A stretch of DNA of 47,025 bases from an uncultured Candidatus Saccharibacteria bacterium. GTDB lineage: Bacteria > Patescibacteriota > Saccharimonadia > Saccharimonadales > Saccharimonadaceae. Within the stretch, counting starts at the first letter, position 1. Every line of letters starts with the position of its first letter. The translations under genes were made by a program, and so were the position numbers. Below, piece after piece: positions 26,219 through 35,712 of the stretch. The notes under the pieces were generated by a model. That model saw only the letters and a list, made by a program, of their open reading frames with translations, was not told where the DNA came from and did not search any database. Location: the NCBI GenBank assembly GCA_963546555.1, contig CAUUND010000001.1, positions 1 to 47,025 on the forward strand, written 5' to 3'.

Positions 26219-26851
26219 CTAGTCCAGTCGCTTGCGCCCACTCAAAGCATGCCCCAGAGTGATCTTGTCGGCATATTCCAAGTCGACGCCGATCGGTATA
26301 CCTCGAGCCAGACGGCTCACCATCAGATCCGCCAGTTCCGCCTCTTCTAATTGACGCTGGATGTAGAGGGCTGTCGACTCGCCTTCGACACTGGCGTTAG
26401 TGGCCAAGATGACTTCCTTGACCTGGTCACGACGTAGGCGGTCAATCAGCTCGCTGATATGCAGCTGATCTGGACCGATACCGTCGATCGGCGAGATAAC
26501 CCCGCCCAGCACATGGTAAGTCCCCCGGTATTGCCCGGTTGATTCCAGCGCCAGCACATCGAAAGGATCTTCGACTACAGCGACTAGCTGCTTGTTGCGA
26601 CGATCGTCGCTATATAGAGGTGACACTTCGTCCTCGGTGTCGATCAGGGCGAAAGTAACCGGGCAACGCTTGACCTTATCGTGCAGGGCGCTCAGAGTCG
26701 AGGCTAATTGGCGAGACTTAGACCGGTCACTCTTGAGGCAAGCGTAAGCATAGCGCTCGGCGGTCTTAAAGCCGACGCCGGGCAGGGCGCTAAAAGCTTC
26801 AATCAGCTCGTTTAGAGCACGAGGCAGAGCGGAATAATCGCTAGGTGGCAT
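26219..26851 (-). CDS. recR: Recombination mediator RecR
   Basis: LPGVGFKTAER HhH, VVED, YHVLGGVISPIDGIGP, ILATNASVEGESTA, RLARGIP. Confidence 0.96.
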   Translation of the reverse strand: MPPSDYSALPRALNELIEAFSALPGVGFKTAERYAYACLKSDRSKSRQLASTLSALHDKVKRCPVTFALIDTEDEVSPLYSDDRRNKQLVAVVEDPFDVLALESTGQYRGTYHVLGGVISPIDGIGPDQLHISELIDRLRRDQVKEVILATNASVEGESTALYIQRQLEEAELADLMVSRLARGIPIGVDLEYADKITLGHALSGRKRLD

Positions 26852-26856
26852 CGACT

Positions 26857-27156
26857 CTACATGCCCATCATGCCGCCTAGACCGCCCATTAGTGGCTTCA
26901 TCTTCTCGGTGGCTACTTCCTGGGCAGCTTTCAAGCCGTCACGGATGGCGCTCTTGATCCAACCCTCCAGCTGGGCTTTATTGTCCAGGTCAATCAGCTC
27001 CGGGTCAATCTTGACATCTACTACTTTGAGCTCACCGCTAAACTGAATCACTACTGCCCCGTCGCCTGCTTCAACCTCGACCAGCTCGTTAGCCAGCTCC
27101 TTTTGTGCTTTGCGCAACTTCTGCATCATCGCCATCTGATCCTTGAACCCGGCCAT
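26857..27156 (-). CDS. ybaB: YbaB/EbfC nucleoid-associated protein
   Basis: 99 aa, VEVEAGDGAV..SGE..VKIDP, adjacent to recR, AAGGAGG SD. Confidence 0.92.
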   Translation of the reverse strand: MAGFKDQMAMMQKLRKAQKELANELVEVEAGDGAVVIQFSGELKVVDVKIDPELIDLDNKAQLEGWIKSAIRDGLKAAQEVATEKMKPLMGGLGGMMGM

Positions 27157-27183
27157 TATCCTCCTTCTCTTAAAACTCCTCAG

Positions 27184-27203
27184 ATTATAACATATGCTAA
27201 AAT
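27184..27203. promoter_or_regulatory. Back-to-back extended -10 promoters for ybaB-recR (-) and the GT39-like gene (+)
   Basis: Minus-strand TGTTATAAT (27192-27184) and plus-strand TGCTAAAAT (27195-27203). Confidence 0.6.
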
Positions 27204-27212
27204 GGGCAGTAA

Positions 27213-28718
27213 ATGAGACGCAAGCGTTCCATCCAGCGAAGTTGGCTCTATCGGTATCGCTATCTACTGGCTAGCATTTTACTGGCGGTGATAGTGCTGG
27301 CTATCAGTATCTATCGCTTCTGGTCAGTACCGTCCGGTCTGTCAGCTAGCGAGAAGCTATCGGCGATAGCTAGTGGGCGGCTAGCTAGTGGTAATATTAC
27401 CAGTCTAGTCAATGCTCCTTGGCTGATCCCTGAGGCCCTAGCGATCAAGCTCTATGGCATGACGATCTTTGCCCTGAGATTACCTGCTTTATTCTTAGTG
27501 GTGGCTAGTATCTTGACGATGATGCTGGCGATCAGAGCTATCTATCGACCAAGTCTAGCCATGATGGGTGGCTTACTGATGGCTTGTTCAGCCTTTACTA
27601 TCAGCTTGGGGCGAGCCGGCACGCCGGCAGTCATGACAGTACTACTGCTAGCCCTGGCAATTTTACTTGGCTACTATGTCGTCAATGCCAAGCAAAAAGT
27701 CGCTCTGGCGATTGGTTTAGCACTGGATCTAATGGCACTTAGTTATATGTCGGGTGGACTCTATATCGTAGCAGCTCTAGCGGTAGTTGCCCTCCTCCAC
27801 CCCAAATCTCGCTACACCATCAAGCGTCACAAGAAGCTACTCGCCGGGATAGCTGCGGCTTACTTGATCTTACTACTCGTACCCATACTGCTAATCGGTA
27901 GGGGCCGCACCACCTTGACAAGCCTACTGGCTATCGGTGTCCCTAGCCTAGCCAACCTGCGTCAGCTTGCGTCCGGCTATGTCGCCGGCTCAGCCGGTCT
28001 GACCGGTGGACTAATGACCCCGATGCTGACTATCACCGGCGCTATCATGGTGGTCATTGGCTTGATCACTCTAGCTAGGCGAGGCGGACTACTTAGTCTG
28101 CGCTCATATGTGATCATCAGTCTGTTGGTTGCCGGCGTAAGTATGACTACGTTTAACCCCGACTATATTTACTTGTTATTCATCCCGACCATCCTGCTGG
28201 AGGTTATTGCCATCGGATATATCGTTGACAAATGGCATGGGCTCTTTCCCCAGAACCCCTACGCCCGTAGCCTCGCTATCTTGGCTCTGTCGATCCTGAT
28301 TGGCTCGATCAGCCTATTAGATATCAACCGTTACATTAGTGCGGCCAACTACCGGGCCAGCGTGGTCTATCAGTATGACCAGACCTTACCCGCCGTCAAC
28401 CAGCTCCTCACGAGTAACCCCCACGCTGAGATACGGCTGGTGGTGCACTCAGAGACGGACTATCAGCTATATAGCTTGCTGACTAATCGCTATAGCAATC
28501 TACGGGTCTATCGCCACGATGATAAACGGATCAGTGAGCTAATAAAGTCGCTCGAGGCAAAGCAAACCGGTGGTAGCCTGGTTGATTCGAAAGCCCCGCC
28601 GCTCAAGCTGGCGATCGCCAGTAGGGCGATCAGGTCTGACGTGCAGAAGCTGAAGTTGAGCCACGTCTACACCGGCTGGATTCAGCACGACTCACTGCTG
28701 CTTGCCGTCTACGAATAA
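27213..28718 (+). CDS. GT-C fold glycosyltransferase (ArnT/PMT, GT39-like)
   Basis: About 12 TM segments; PSGLSASE loop, APW..KLYGMTIFALRLP, SLGRAG. Confidence 0.7.
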   Translation: MRRKRSIQRSWLYRYRYLLASILLAVIVLAISIYRFWSVPSGLSASEKLSAIASGRLASGNITSLVNAPWLIPEALAIKLYGMTIFALRLPALFLVVASILTMMLAIRAIYRPSLAMMGGLLMACSAFTISLGRAGTPAVMTVLLLALAILLGYYVVNAKQKVALAIGLALDLMALSYMSGGLYIVAALAVVALLHPKSRYTIKRHKKLLAGIAAAYLILLLVPILLIGRGRTTLTSLLAIGVPSLANLRQLASGYVAGSAGLTGGLMTPMLTITGAIMVVIGLITLARRGGLLSLRSYVIISLLVAGVSMTTFNPDYIYLLFIPTILLEVIAIGYIVDKWHGLFPQNPYARSLAILALSILIGSISLLDINRYISAANYRASVVYQYDQTLPAVNQLLTSNPHAEIRLVVHSETDYQLYSLLTNRYSNLRVYRHDDKRISELIKSLEAKQTGGSLVDSKAPPLKLAIASRAIRSDVQKLKLSHVYTGWIQHDSLLLAVYE

Positions 28719-28766
28719 GCCGACTTAGTCAACCGGAAGCGAGCTAGGACTAGACTCGCCCCGGGG

Positions 28767-30224
28767 CTACTTATCGTGTTTGCGTTTCTCCAGCGACATA
28801 AACTTGAGTTTCTCGGGGTGGAAGTACAGCTCGACGGTACCGACCGGACCATTACGGTGTTTACCGATAATCAGGTCAGTGATGTGCTGACGCTCAGTGT
28901 CGGGATTGTAATAATCCTCGCGGTAGACGAACATGACGATATCGGCATCCTGCTCGATAGAGCCGGACTCTCGTAAGTCAGATAGCATCGGTCGCTTGTC
29001 AGGGCGTTGCTCGACGGAGCGGCTCAACTGAGACAGCGCCAGCACTGGTACATCCAGCTCTCGTGCCATCAGCTTGAGCCCTCGGGAGATCTCGCTGATC
29101 TCTTGCACTCGGTTATCGCCGTACTGGCGACTACCCGACATTAGCTGGAGATAGTCAACGATGATCAGCCCGAGGGGGTTCTTATGCGCCTCTCGCTGTG
29201 CCTTGACTTTCATCTCCAGCATGGTCATGCCAGGCTTGTCTTCAAACTTGATTGGTATCTCACTCATCTCCCCCATAGTGTCGCTAATCTTGCTAAAGTC
29301 CTCTTGAGTAAGGTTGCCGGTGCGGATATTCCAGCTATCGACCCCGGAGGCCTCTGAGATCATCCGGTCTACCACCTGCGAGTTACTCATCTCCAGGCTA
29401 AAGAAGAGAACCGACTTGCCTTCCCGCATCGCCACATTGTAAGCGATATTCTGGGCCAGGGTGGACTTACCCATAGCCGGTCGAGCTGCTAGGACGATCA
29501 GGTCGGACTTCTGCAGACCAGCTGTCATCTTGTCCAGGTCCTTAAAGCCGGTGCGAATACCTCGCAGCTCACCTTTATTCTGTTGCAGGTTGGACATCTT
29601 TTCGAAGGCGTCGCTGAGCAAAGACTCCAGAGAGACCATGTCGCTGTGCTGTGAGCCGGAGCTGACAGCATAGAGGCTCGCCTCAGCCTGCGATAGAATC
29701 TCCTGGATGTCGTCCGCTGACTTACTGGCTAGATCCGAGATCGCCTCTCCTGCCTTAGTCAGCTTACGTCGGACGGATGCCTCCCGAACGATCCGGGCGT
29801 AGTCAACGGCGTGACTAGCACTCGGTATGGTATTGGTTAAGTCGCTGAGGTAGCTACGCCCGCCGGCTTGATCAAGCTGGTGTGCCTTACTAAGCTCGCT
29901 GCTTACGGTCAGTAGATCAACCCGGGAGTTATTCTGATACAGCTTCATGATAGCCTTAAAAATAGCCTGGTGGCGTCGGTCGTAGAAATCATCTGCTTTG
30001 ACTTGATCGGCTATATCAACCAGAGTCTCATCATCAATCAAGAGCGCCCCCAGGAGAGACATCTCAGCAGCCAAGTTCTGTGGGGGAAGCTTGCCCCCCT
30101 CGGCAGTAGTAGTCTCAACCGTGCCGGAGTAATCAACCGAGCTGGCAACGGCCGCCTCGACCAGTGGTTGGTCGCCGGGGCGACTATCAGATAAATCAGC
30201 TGAAGTGGAACTAGATCGTGCCAT
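28767..30224 (-). CDS. dnaB: Replicative DNA helicase
   Basis: LPPQNLAAE, LAARPAMGKS, FSLEM, IVDYLQL, LSQLSR, SDLRESGSIEQDAD, KHRNGP. Confidence 0.98.
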   Translation of the reverse strand: MARSSSTSADLSDSRPGDQPLVEAAVASSVDYSGTVETTTAEGGKLPPQNLAAEMSLLGALLIDDETLVDIADQVKADDFYDRRHQAIFKAIMKLYQNNSRVDLLTVSSELSKAHQLDQAGGRSYLSDLTNTIPSASHAVDYARIVREASVRRKLTKAGEAISDLASKSADDIQEILSQAEASLYAVSSGSQHSDMVSLESLLSDAFEKMSNLQQNKGELRGIRTGFKDLDKMTAGLQKSDLIVLAARPAMGKSTLAQNIAYNVAMREGKSVLFFSLEMSNSQVVDRMISEASGVDSWNIRTGNLTQEDFSKISDTMGEMSEIPIKFEDKPGMTMLEMKVKAQREAHKNPLGLIIVDYLQLMSGSRQYGDNRVQEISEISRGLKLMARELDVPVLALSQLSRSVEQRPDKRPMLSDLRESGSIEQDADIVMFVYREDYYNPDTERQHITDLIIGKHRNGPVGTVELYFHPEKLKFMSLEKRKHDK

Positions 30225-31707
30225 CGCTAACAGTGGTTACCTCTCCACCCACTACACTTAGAACTGCGGCGACGTCAGAGTCAAGCGGAGCCGGCTCCTC
30301 TGATATGACAATCGTTGGCTTAACCTGATAGAGCTCGTCCAGCGTGGTCAGCAAGCTATCTTGGAAACGGCCTGTCTTAGCTTGCTTGCGGTGAAAAGCT
30401 TTACCAAAGAATAACGTCAGAGTGTTCGTCGAAGCGCTGTAGCGATAGTCCGCCTGCTCCAGCAGTGATTTAGCAGAAGGACGATTCTGCTCTGCCAGTT
30501 GGTTGATCACGTCCTCCCAGACCAGCTCTTTGATCGACTCGGTTGCCTCTGCTAGCTCGGCCGATACCGGAGTGGCAGTTGGAGTGGCTTTCTTGGTGCT
30601 TGTCGTCTTCGGCTGACTGTCATTAGCCGAGTTAGCCTTAGTGGCGGGTTTGGAAACCGGGGTGGATTTAGTAGTCGCTTGAGCTACGGCGGATTGAGCT
30701 GCTTTCGTAGCCCTAGGTGCGACTGACGGGCTAGCGGACACTCTCGGTAATGATGCGTCGACTAAGATAGCCATCAGCTTGACCTCGGGCAGACCGGCTC
30801 GGCCGACTTCCAACAGGCGCTCTATTAGCCGATAAAGCTCGGGCTGATCCGGTGCCAGCTTAGTCAGGTAGTCGATTAGTTGCTTGGCTAAAGCTGTAGC
30901 ACCGACTCCATTACTGATCAGTTGATTAACCTGGCTGATGACCGGCTGAGGTTTCCCTTTGGTGATATTGGTCGCTAATTGGCTCATCTCAGCTTGCGAG
31001 ATTAGCCCCAGGACGTCATTGACCGTCTCTACGGTGATGGATTGGTTGCCGGCTAGCTGATCCAGCAGAGTAATCGCATCACGCACACTGCCACCACCAT
31101 GCTCAGCGATCAATCTCAGGGCGTCGTCATCGACGTTGATCTGTTCCGACTCGGCGATCATACGCAGATGTTTGACCAAGAGATCCACCGGTACGGGCTT
31201 GAAATGAAACCGTTGCACTCGTGACAAAATAGTAGCCGGCACCTTTTGCAATTCGGTAGTGGCGAGGACGAAAATGACGTACTCGGGCGGCTCCTCAATC
31301 GTTTTGAGTAGAGCGTTGAAAGCCGGCTTGCTGAGCATGTGGAACTCGTCAATGATATAGATCTTGTAGCGACAGTTCATCGGTGCCAGCTGGACGCTGT
31401 CTCGGATCTGCCGCACATCGTCAACGCCATTATTACTGGCGGCATCTATCTCAATGATATCAATGCTGTCGTTGCTCAGGTTGTCGCTGTAGTCCAGCCC
31501 ATTGACTAAGTGTGCCAGGATACGAGCTACGGTCGTCTTGCCGGTGCCTCGCTGCCCGGTAAAGAGATAAGCATGGGTAAAGGCGCCATGGTCGAGCGAG
31601 GCTTGCAATATCTCTGTCACTTGTGGCTGGCCGATCACCTGGGCCAAGCTAGTTGGTCGATACTTACGATACAGGGCAAGCCTAGTACCACCTCCACTAT
31701 TATTCAT
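30211..31707 (-). CDS. dnaX: DNA polymerase III subunit gamma/tau
   Basis: LYRKYRP, GQRGTGKTT, EIDAASNNGVD, IIDEFHML, FNALLKTIEEPP, TILSR. Confidence 0.97.
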   Translation of the reverse strand: MNNSGGGTRLALYRKYRPTSLAQVIGQPQVTEILQASLDHGAFTHAYLFTGQRGTGKTTVARILAHLVNGLDYSDNLSNDSIDIIEIDAASNNGVDDVRQIRDSVQLAPMNCRYKIYIIDEFHMLSKPAFNALLKTIEEPPEYVIFVLATTELQKVPATILSRVQRFHFKPVPVDLLVKHLRMIAESEQINVDDDALRLIAEHGGGSVRDAITLLDQLAGNQSITVETVNDVLGLISQAEMSQLATNITKGKPQPVISQVNQLISNGVGATALAKQLIDYLTKLAPDQPELYRLIERLLEVGRAGLPEVKLMAILVDASLPRVSASPSVAPRATKAAQSAVAQATTKSTPVSKPATKANSANDSQPKTTSTKKATPTATPVSAELAEATESIKELVWEDVINQLAEQNRPSAKSLLEQADYRYSASTNTLTLFFGKAFHRKQAKTGRFQDSLLTTLDELYQVKPTIVISEEPAPLDSDVAAVLSVVGGEVTTVSDGTI

Positions 31708-31740
31708 GAGGCTATTATAGCAAATGAAAAACGCTAAAGC

Positions 31741-32613
31741 TCACTTAGTCAATTCTTCGAGTGTGCCGGTGATAGCAGAGGCCGAGCTATTTACTTTCTT
31801 TTTATTGATAAACCAAGTCGGCGTACCGGCCACACTCGAATCTTGTGCTAGCTGACGGTCTCGCTTAATCTTCTCGTCTATGCCGTTATTGACGCTGTCG
31901 TTATACTTATCGACCACCGCTCCGCTATCAAGCCCGACTTTATCTGCCAGCTGACGAATTTTATCTTGCAACCGGTCGGTATTCATGTATTCACCTGCCA
32001 TCCAGGTGCTATCTCGGTACATCTGGTCAGCAGCCTTCCAGAACGCATCTTCGCCTCCCACCAGATAAGCCGCCTCGGCGATCTTAGAGGTGACCTCTGA
32101 GTAAGTGTGGCCAACATTGTAGTGGCGATAGATGAACTGCACCTTCTTATCGTATTTATCATGAACCGAGATGAGATTAGTGGCTAGCCGGACGCAGTAC
32201 GGACAGGTAAAATCTGCATACTCAATGGCCACCACCTTAGCCCCTTCTTTACCCCGGAAGTGGTCGGGGATTTTACCTTCACCCACCTTACTCGGCGACT
32301 GATACTCGCTCGCCTCGCCCGAGATACCGGAGTTTGAGTCGTCGTCGCTTGACTGAGCAGTATTCGACTTCTCTGAGTCGGCCGACTTAGCCGAGACAGA
32401 GTTACTCTTACTGCTCTTCTTGCCCGCATCATAACCGACGGAGTAGCTGATAAAGCCGACCACGATCAAGATGAAGATGACGACCATCACCACTAAAGTG
32501 ACTGCACCTCTGATGACCTGCTTCTGCTTAGCTCGCTGCTCTTCCGGGGAGATCGGTGTGTAATTAAACTGATTACCGCCGGCTTCCTTATTGGATTGAT
32601 TAGACTCAGCCAT
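31741..32613 (-). CDS. Membrane-anchored DsbA/thioredoxin-like protein
   Basis: N-terminal TM helix, Ser-rich linker, EYADFTCPYC, GTPTWFIN. Confidence 0.9.
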   Translation of the reverse strand: MAESNQSNKEAGGNQFNYTPISPEEQRAKQKQVIRGAVTLVVMVVIFILIVVGFISYSVGYDAGKKSSKSNSVSAKSADSEKSNTAQSSDDDSNSGISGEASEYQSPSKVGEGKIPDHFRGKEGAKVVAIEYADFTCPYCVRLATNLISVHDKYDKKVQFIYRHYNVGHTYSEVTSKIAEAAYLVGGEDAFWKAADQMYRDSTWMAGEYMNTDRLQDKIRQLADKVGLDSGAVVDKYNDSVNNGIDEKIKRDRQLAQDSSVAGTPTWFINKKKVNSSASAITGTLEELTK

Positions 32614-32615
32614 AA

Positions 32616-33143
32616 CTATAGTATTGCCTCAACTGCCGCCCACTCGGCATCACGATTATCTTCGGGAATGATTACCGATAGCTGATCACCGATATGCGCC
32701 TTGAAGAATGTAACCGACGCCAGCAACACTCGATACTCCTTGGTACCCGCCTCGACATAGTAAGCACCGTCGTGCTGAGTCAAAACGCCGACTACCTGCT
32801 TGCGGGCGACCGGACCAATCTGTTTATAGATAAATGAGCCGTCGTCGGCAATAGTCAGCTTCAAGATATCGCCCTCTACCAGCTTTGATTTCGAGGCATA
32901 GTTCGCCGGCACAGGGTAGGATTTACCCTCACCGTCATGCATGGTTTGCCCGTCGAAGACGCCTTCTATCACCCGCCCCGTCAGCTGCTCGTTAGTCCGA
33001 GCCGGGATATCATTTGGCCCTAGGATAGAAGTCAGCAGCTCTCTGGCTGCCGCCAAATTAGTCTCAGCCTCGCTAAGAAGAACCTGCAGTCGCTTGACTT
33101 GCTTCTCGGGCAGGGCTGAGTCGTCTATATTATTCTCGCTCAT
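32616..33143 (-). CDS. Conserved hypothetical protein (N-terminal coiled coil plus beta-rich domain), CPR-type
   Basis: VIEGVFDGQ..YPVPANYASKSKLVEGDILKLTI..FIYKQIGP; recalled as a family common in CPR genomes, not verified. Confidence 0.75.
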   Translation of the reverse strand: MSENNIDDSALPEKQVKRLQVLLSEAETNLAAARELLTSILGPNDIPARTNEQLTGRVIEGVFDGQTMHDGEGKSYPVPANYASKSKLVEGDILKLTIADDGSFIYKQIGPVARKQVVGVLTQHDGAYYVEAGTKEYRVLLASVTFFKAHIGDQLSVIIPEDNRDAEWAAVEAIL

Positions 33144-33222
33144 AAGTAGACTCTCTTTCTGTCTGTATCTTAACCTATACTGGCTGGATTATACCGCCGA
33201 GTCCGTCTGTAGTCAATAGCCG

Positions 33223-33365
33223 TGTACTAACTCACTACATTCTGGACTTTCGAGTTCCGCTGGCTGTATTGTAACAGAAACTCAGCCGGCGTCATGAACC
33301 TAAGGCTCATGTGAGGACGTTCATTGTTGTAGAAGTCTAGATAGGACTCAATGGTTCGGCTGGCT
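33223..33365 (-). pseudogene. Remnant of an IS481/IS3-type transposase (integrase core C-terminus) with element end
   Basis: IESYLDFYNNERPHMSLRFMTPAEF. The stop is followed immediately by a ...TACA terminus (TGTA at 33223 on +), as in IS481-like ends. Confidence 0.7.
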
Positions 33366-33439
33366 TCTTGTTTATCTAACCTAGTGTCAATTTTTGGATT
33401 GGAACGCAGAGGATACATTTATCGTGTACAATATAGAGC

Positions 33440-33778
33440 ATGAAAACACATAAGATGCATTTGAAAGAGCCGTATTTTAGCTATATCAAAGATGGCACAA
33501 AACGTATAGAATTACGACTTTTTGACGAGAAACGTCGCCGGATTGACCTGGGGGACCTCATCGAGTTTTCCGAGTCTAATGACAAAAGTATTCAAGTAAG
33601 GGTCGTCGGACTATTACACTATGACTCATTCGTTGACTTATGTAAGGACTTTGACATTGCTATACTAGCCGACAAAGCCACAACCAAGGATGACCTCATA
33701 GCTACACTCGACGAATTCTATAGCCCCGAGCAGCAGGCGCAATTTGGAGTTATCGGCATCAGATTTGACCTATCCTAA
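33440..33778 (+). CDS. ASCH domain protein
   Basis: MHLKEPYFSYIKDGTKRIELRLFDEKR..GDLIEF (GxKxxExR), FYS.EQ...GVIGI. Confidence 0.9.
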   Translation: MKTHKMHLKEPYFSYIKDGTKRIELRLFDEKRRRIDLGDLIEFSESNDKSIQVRVVGLLHYDSFVDLCKDFDIAILADKATTKDDLIATLDEFYSPEQQAQFGVIGIRFDLS

Positions 33779-33790
33779 GACCCGAAGCAT

Positions 33791-33820
33791 AAAAAAACGG
33801 GCATCCCGCATGGGATGCCC
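33791..33820 (-). terminator. Rho-independent terminator of the ASCH-GNAT operon
   Basis: Minus strand GGGCATCCC-ATGC-GGGATGCCC-GTTTTTTT. Confidence 0.8.
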
Positions 33821-33825
33821 TTGAG

Positions 33826-34335
33826 CTAGTGATCGCCGTTGAATACATACTCTCTTGAGTGCTTATTGTAAAAGCCCCTTGCAAGTACTTGCGTTCTTTG
33901 CCAATTATATTTTTTAATAATACTAGCAAATTGACAAACTTTATAGTCTGCAACGGTTATAAGTGGCTTACTGGTATCCAGCCAGCAAAAGCACTTCCCG
34001 AGCAGCTCCGTACCGACACCACTTCCCTGATATCCTCTTTTAACAAAGAGAGTACTAATCTTGCGCTCTTTATCGTCTTTCTTCAGAAATGATGTCGCAA
34101 CTATCTTGCCGCCAATGTAGCACGATATAATATTGCGCTTACCCAGAAAGATACCCGGCACGTATTTACAGTAAAAATGCTTCAAGTGATTAGGATAGTC
34201 TTTAGAGATCCAGTCCGTTATCCAATAGCTTTCTTCAATCAGCTTCGACAGAGCCTCTCCATCTTCTACTAATTTAGACGCCTCTACGTAGGTCCTTTCG
34301 GAGGACGTGTGGCTCAAGCTCAAATACATAGACAT
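33826..34335 (-). CDS. GNAT-family N-acetyltransferase
   Basis: KISTLFVKRGYQGSGVGTELL acetyl-CoA motif A; DYP..FYCKYVPG..GKR. Start position uncertain because it overlaps the upstream ASCH gene. Confidence 0.85.
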   Translation of the reverse strand: MSMYLSLSHTSSERTYVEASKLVEDGEALSKLIEESYWITDWISKDYPNHLKHFYCKYVPGIFLGKRNIISCYIGGKIVATSFLKKDDKERKISTLFVKRGYQGSGVGTELLGKCFCWLDTSKPLITVADYKVCQFASIIKKYNWQRTQVLARGFYNKHSREYVFNGDH

Positions 34336-34636
34336 TTAGCTTCTCCTTATCCTTATGGTAAATACCTTGAAGAATCTTTAGCGCTTCGACAGAGGTTACA
34401 CCAGGCAAAATCATATCTACATCCTCGGATTCAAGCATAGACTCAAAACTCTTATAGATGCTTATGCGTTTAACCAAGAATGTATTTGGGGTATCATAAT
34501 GCTCAAAGCGTATAAGATCGCCCTTCTCGACTTTTCTAACCCATGAATTACCTACTCGTATCTCTAAGTTCTTTACACCACTCTTGAGCTGATAAAAGTA
34601 TTCTTTTTTTATTCTCCAAGTATGTATTGTTGGCAT
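34274..34636 (-). CDS. ASCH domain protein
   Basis: IKKEYFYQLKSGVKNLEIRV..GDLIRF..YKSFESML..IYHKDKE..VYVFEL; AAGGAG SD. Confidence 0.88.
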   Translation of the reverse strand: MPTIHTWRIKKEYFYQLKSGVKNLEIRVGNSWVRKVEKGDLIRFEHYDTPNTFLVKRISIYKSFESMLESEDVDMILPGVTSVEALKILQGIYHKDKEKLNVYVFELEPHVLRKDLRRGV

Positions 34637-34773
34637 TCTACTAGCTCCTTTCAAAGAACGCAGGTCATGTGAGCTGGTCTCGCATACAACCTGATGGTGT
34701 CCACTGTAACACACCCCTCGCATTTGTCAAGCTTTCCACAACTACGTCGGGGGCTCAGGTGTATAATCAGATC

Positions 34774-35448
34774 ATGAGTCGGATACATCTCTACATTGCA
34801 AATGCCAGCAAGGATTTTACCGATACGGACGTGACCGCTATTCGTCGTGCCGTTAAGAGAGCGGAGACCTTCGTCTCCGGGGTATTCCGGTCATTTGATT
34901 ACGACCTCGACCTGATAGTTGTCTCATCATCACCCACGACACCGACTATCCCGCAGGATGGTATTGGCGGACGAACTTATCACTCTCGTCTAATAGTCGT
35001 AGCACTGGATAAAAGTCAGCACGAACCGAGCGAGGACTTCATCTTTGAGACGGTCTGTCATGAGCTATCCCACTCGCTACGCTGGGAGAAAGTACTCGAG
35101 TTTGCCGAGACGTTATTTGACGGTATGATCATGGAGGGTCTGGCGGTAGTGCTGGAGGAGCAAGCAATGAATCAATCCGGCTACGAGCTACGACAGTTCT
35201 TCCTGACTGAAATCCGGCGAACAGAGCCGAAAGAAATCGGCACTATGATAACAGTCCTAAGGAATAAATTTGACAACACGGAGTACGACTACGAAACGAT
35301 CTTTTTCTCCGGCAATGATCTGCTACCCCGCTGGGCAGGATATAAATTAGGCTATTATTTAGTTAAGCGTTATCTATCTAAAACTAAACAGACAATTGAC
35401 CAGGCTACTCTAGCTAGCTACAAAGAACTGCGTCGGAAAAGTAAATAA
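34774..35448 (+). CDS. DUF2268-like predicted Zn-dependent protease
   Basis: HELSH motif, MEGLA, LPRWAGYKLGYYLV. Start 6 nt after TATAAT. Confidence 0.82.
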   Translation: MSRIHLYIANASKDFTDTDVTAIRRAVKRAETFVSGVFRSFDYDLDLIVVSSSPTTPTIPQDGIGGRTYHSRLIVVALDKSQHEPSEDFIFETVCHELSHSLRWEKVLEFAETLFDGMIMEGLAVVLEEQAMNQSGYELRQFFLTEIRRTEPKEIGTMITVLRNKFDNTEYDYETIFFSGNDLLPRWAGYKLGYYLVKRYLSKTKQTIDQATLASYKELRRKSK

Positions 35449-35650
35449 CCCCGAGAAGTGCCGGTGCAGCCGACACCGCCAATTATCGCAGTCATTACCG
35501 TCGCTCATTTTATAGTAGATTTAACGACCGACTTTCCACAACTGCGCCAGAGGTCAAGTGCGATACGTTGTGATATTGATGAATAAATGCTGAAGTGTTG
35601 CAAGTATCAAGCGGCTATTCCAGCCGCTTGTCCAGCTATTGCGAATATTA

Positions 35651-35682
35651 CAAAAAGCCGACCCCGCTAGAGGATCGGCTCT
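35651..35682 (-). terminator. Terminator of rplJL
   Basis: Minus strand AGCCGATCC-TCTAGC-GGGGTCGGCT-TTTT. Confidence 0.75.
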
Positions 35683-35712
35683 AAGTATAACAATTAGGTT
35701 CGGTTATTTTTA

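Noticed and set aside
30500..30760. Programmed frameshift producing gamma from dnaX
   Set aside because: No A-AAA-AAG or poly-A slippery site seen; the region is simply an Ala/Thr/Lys/Pro-rich linker.
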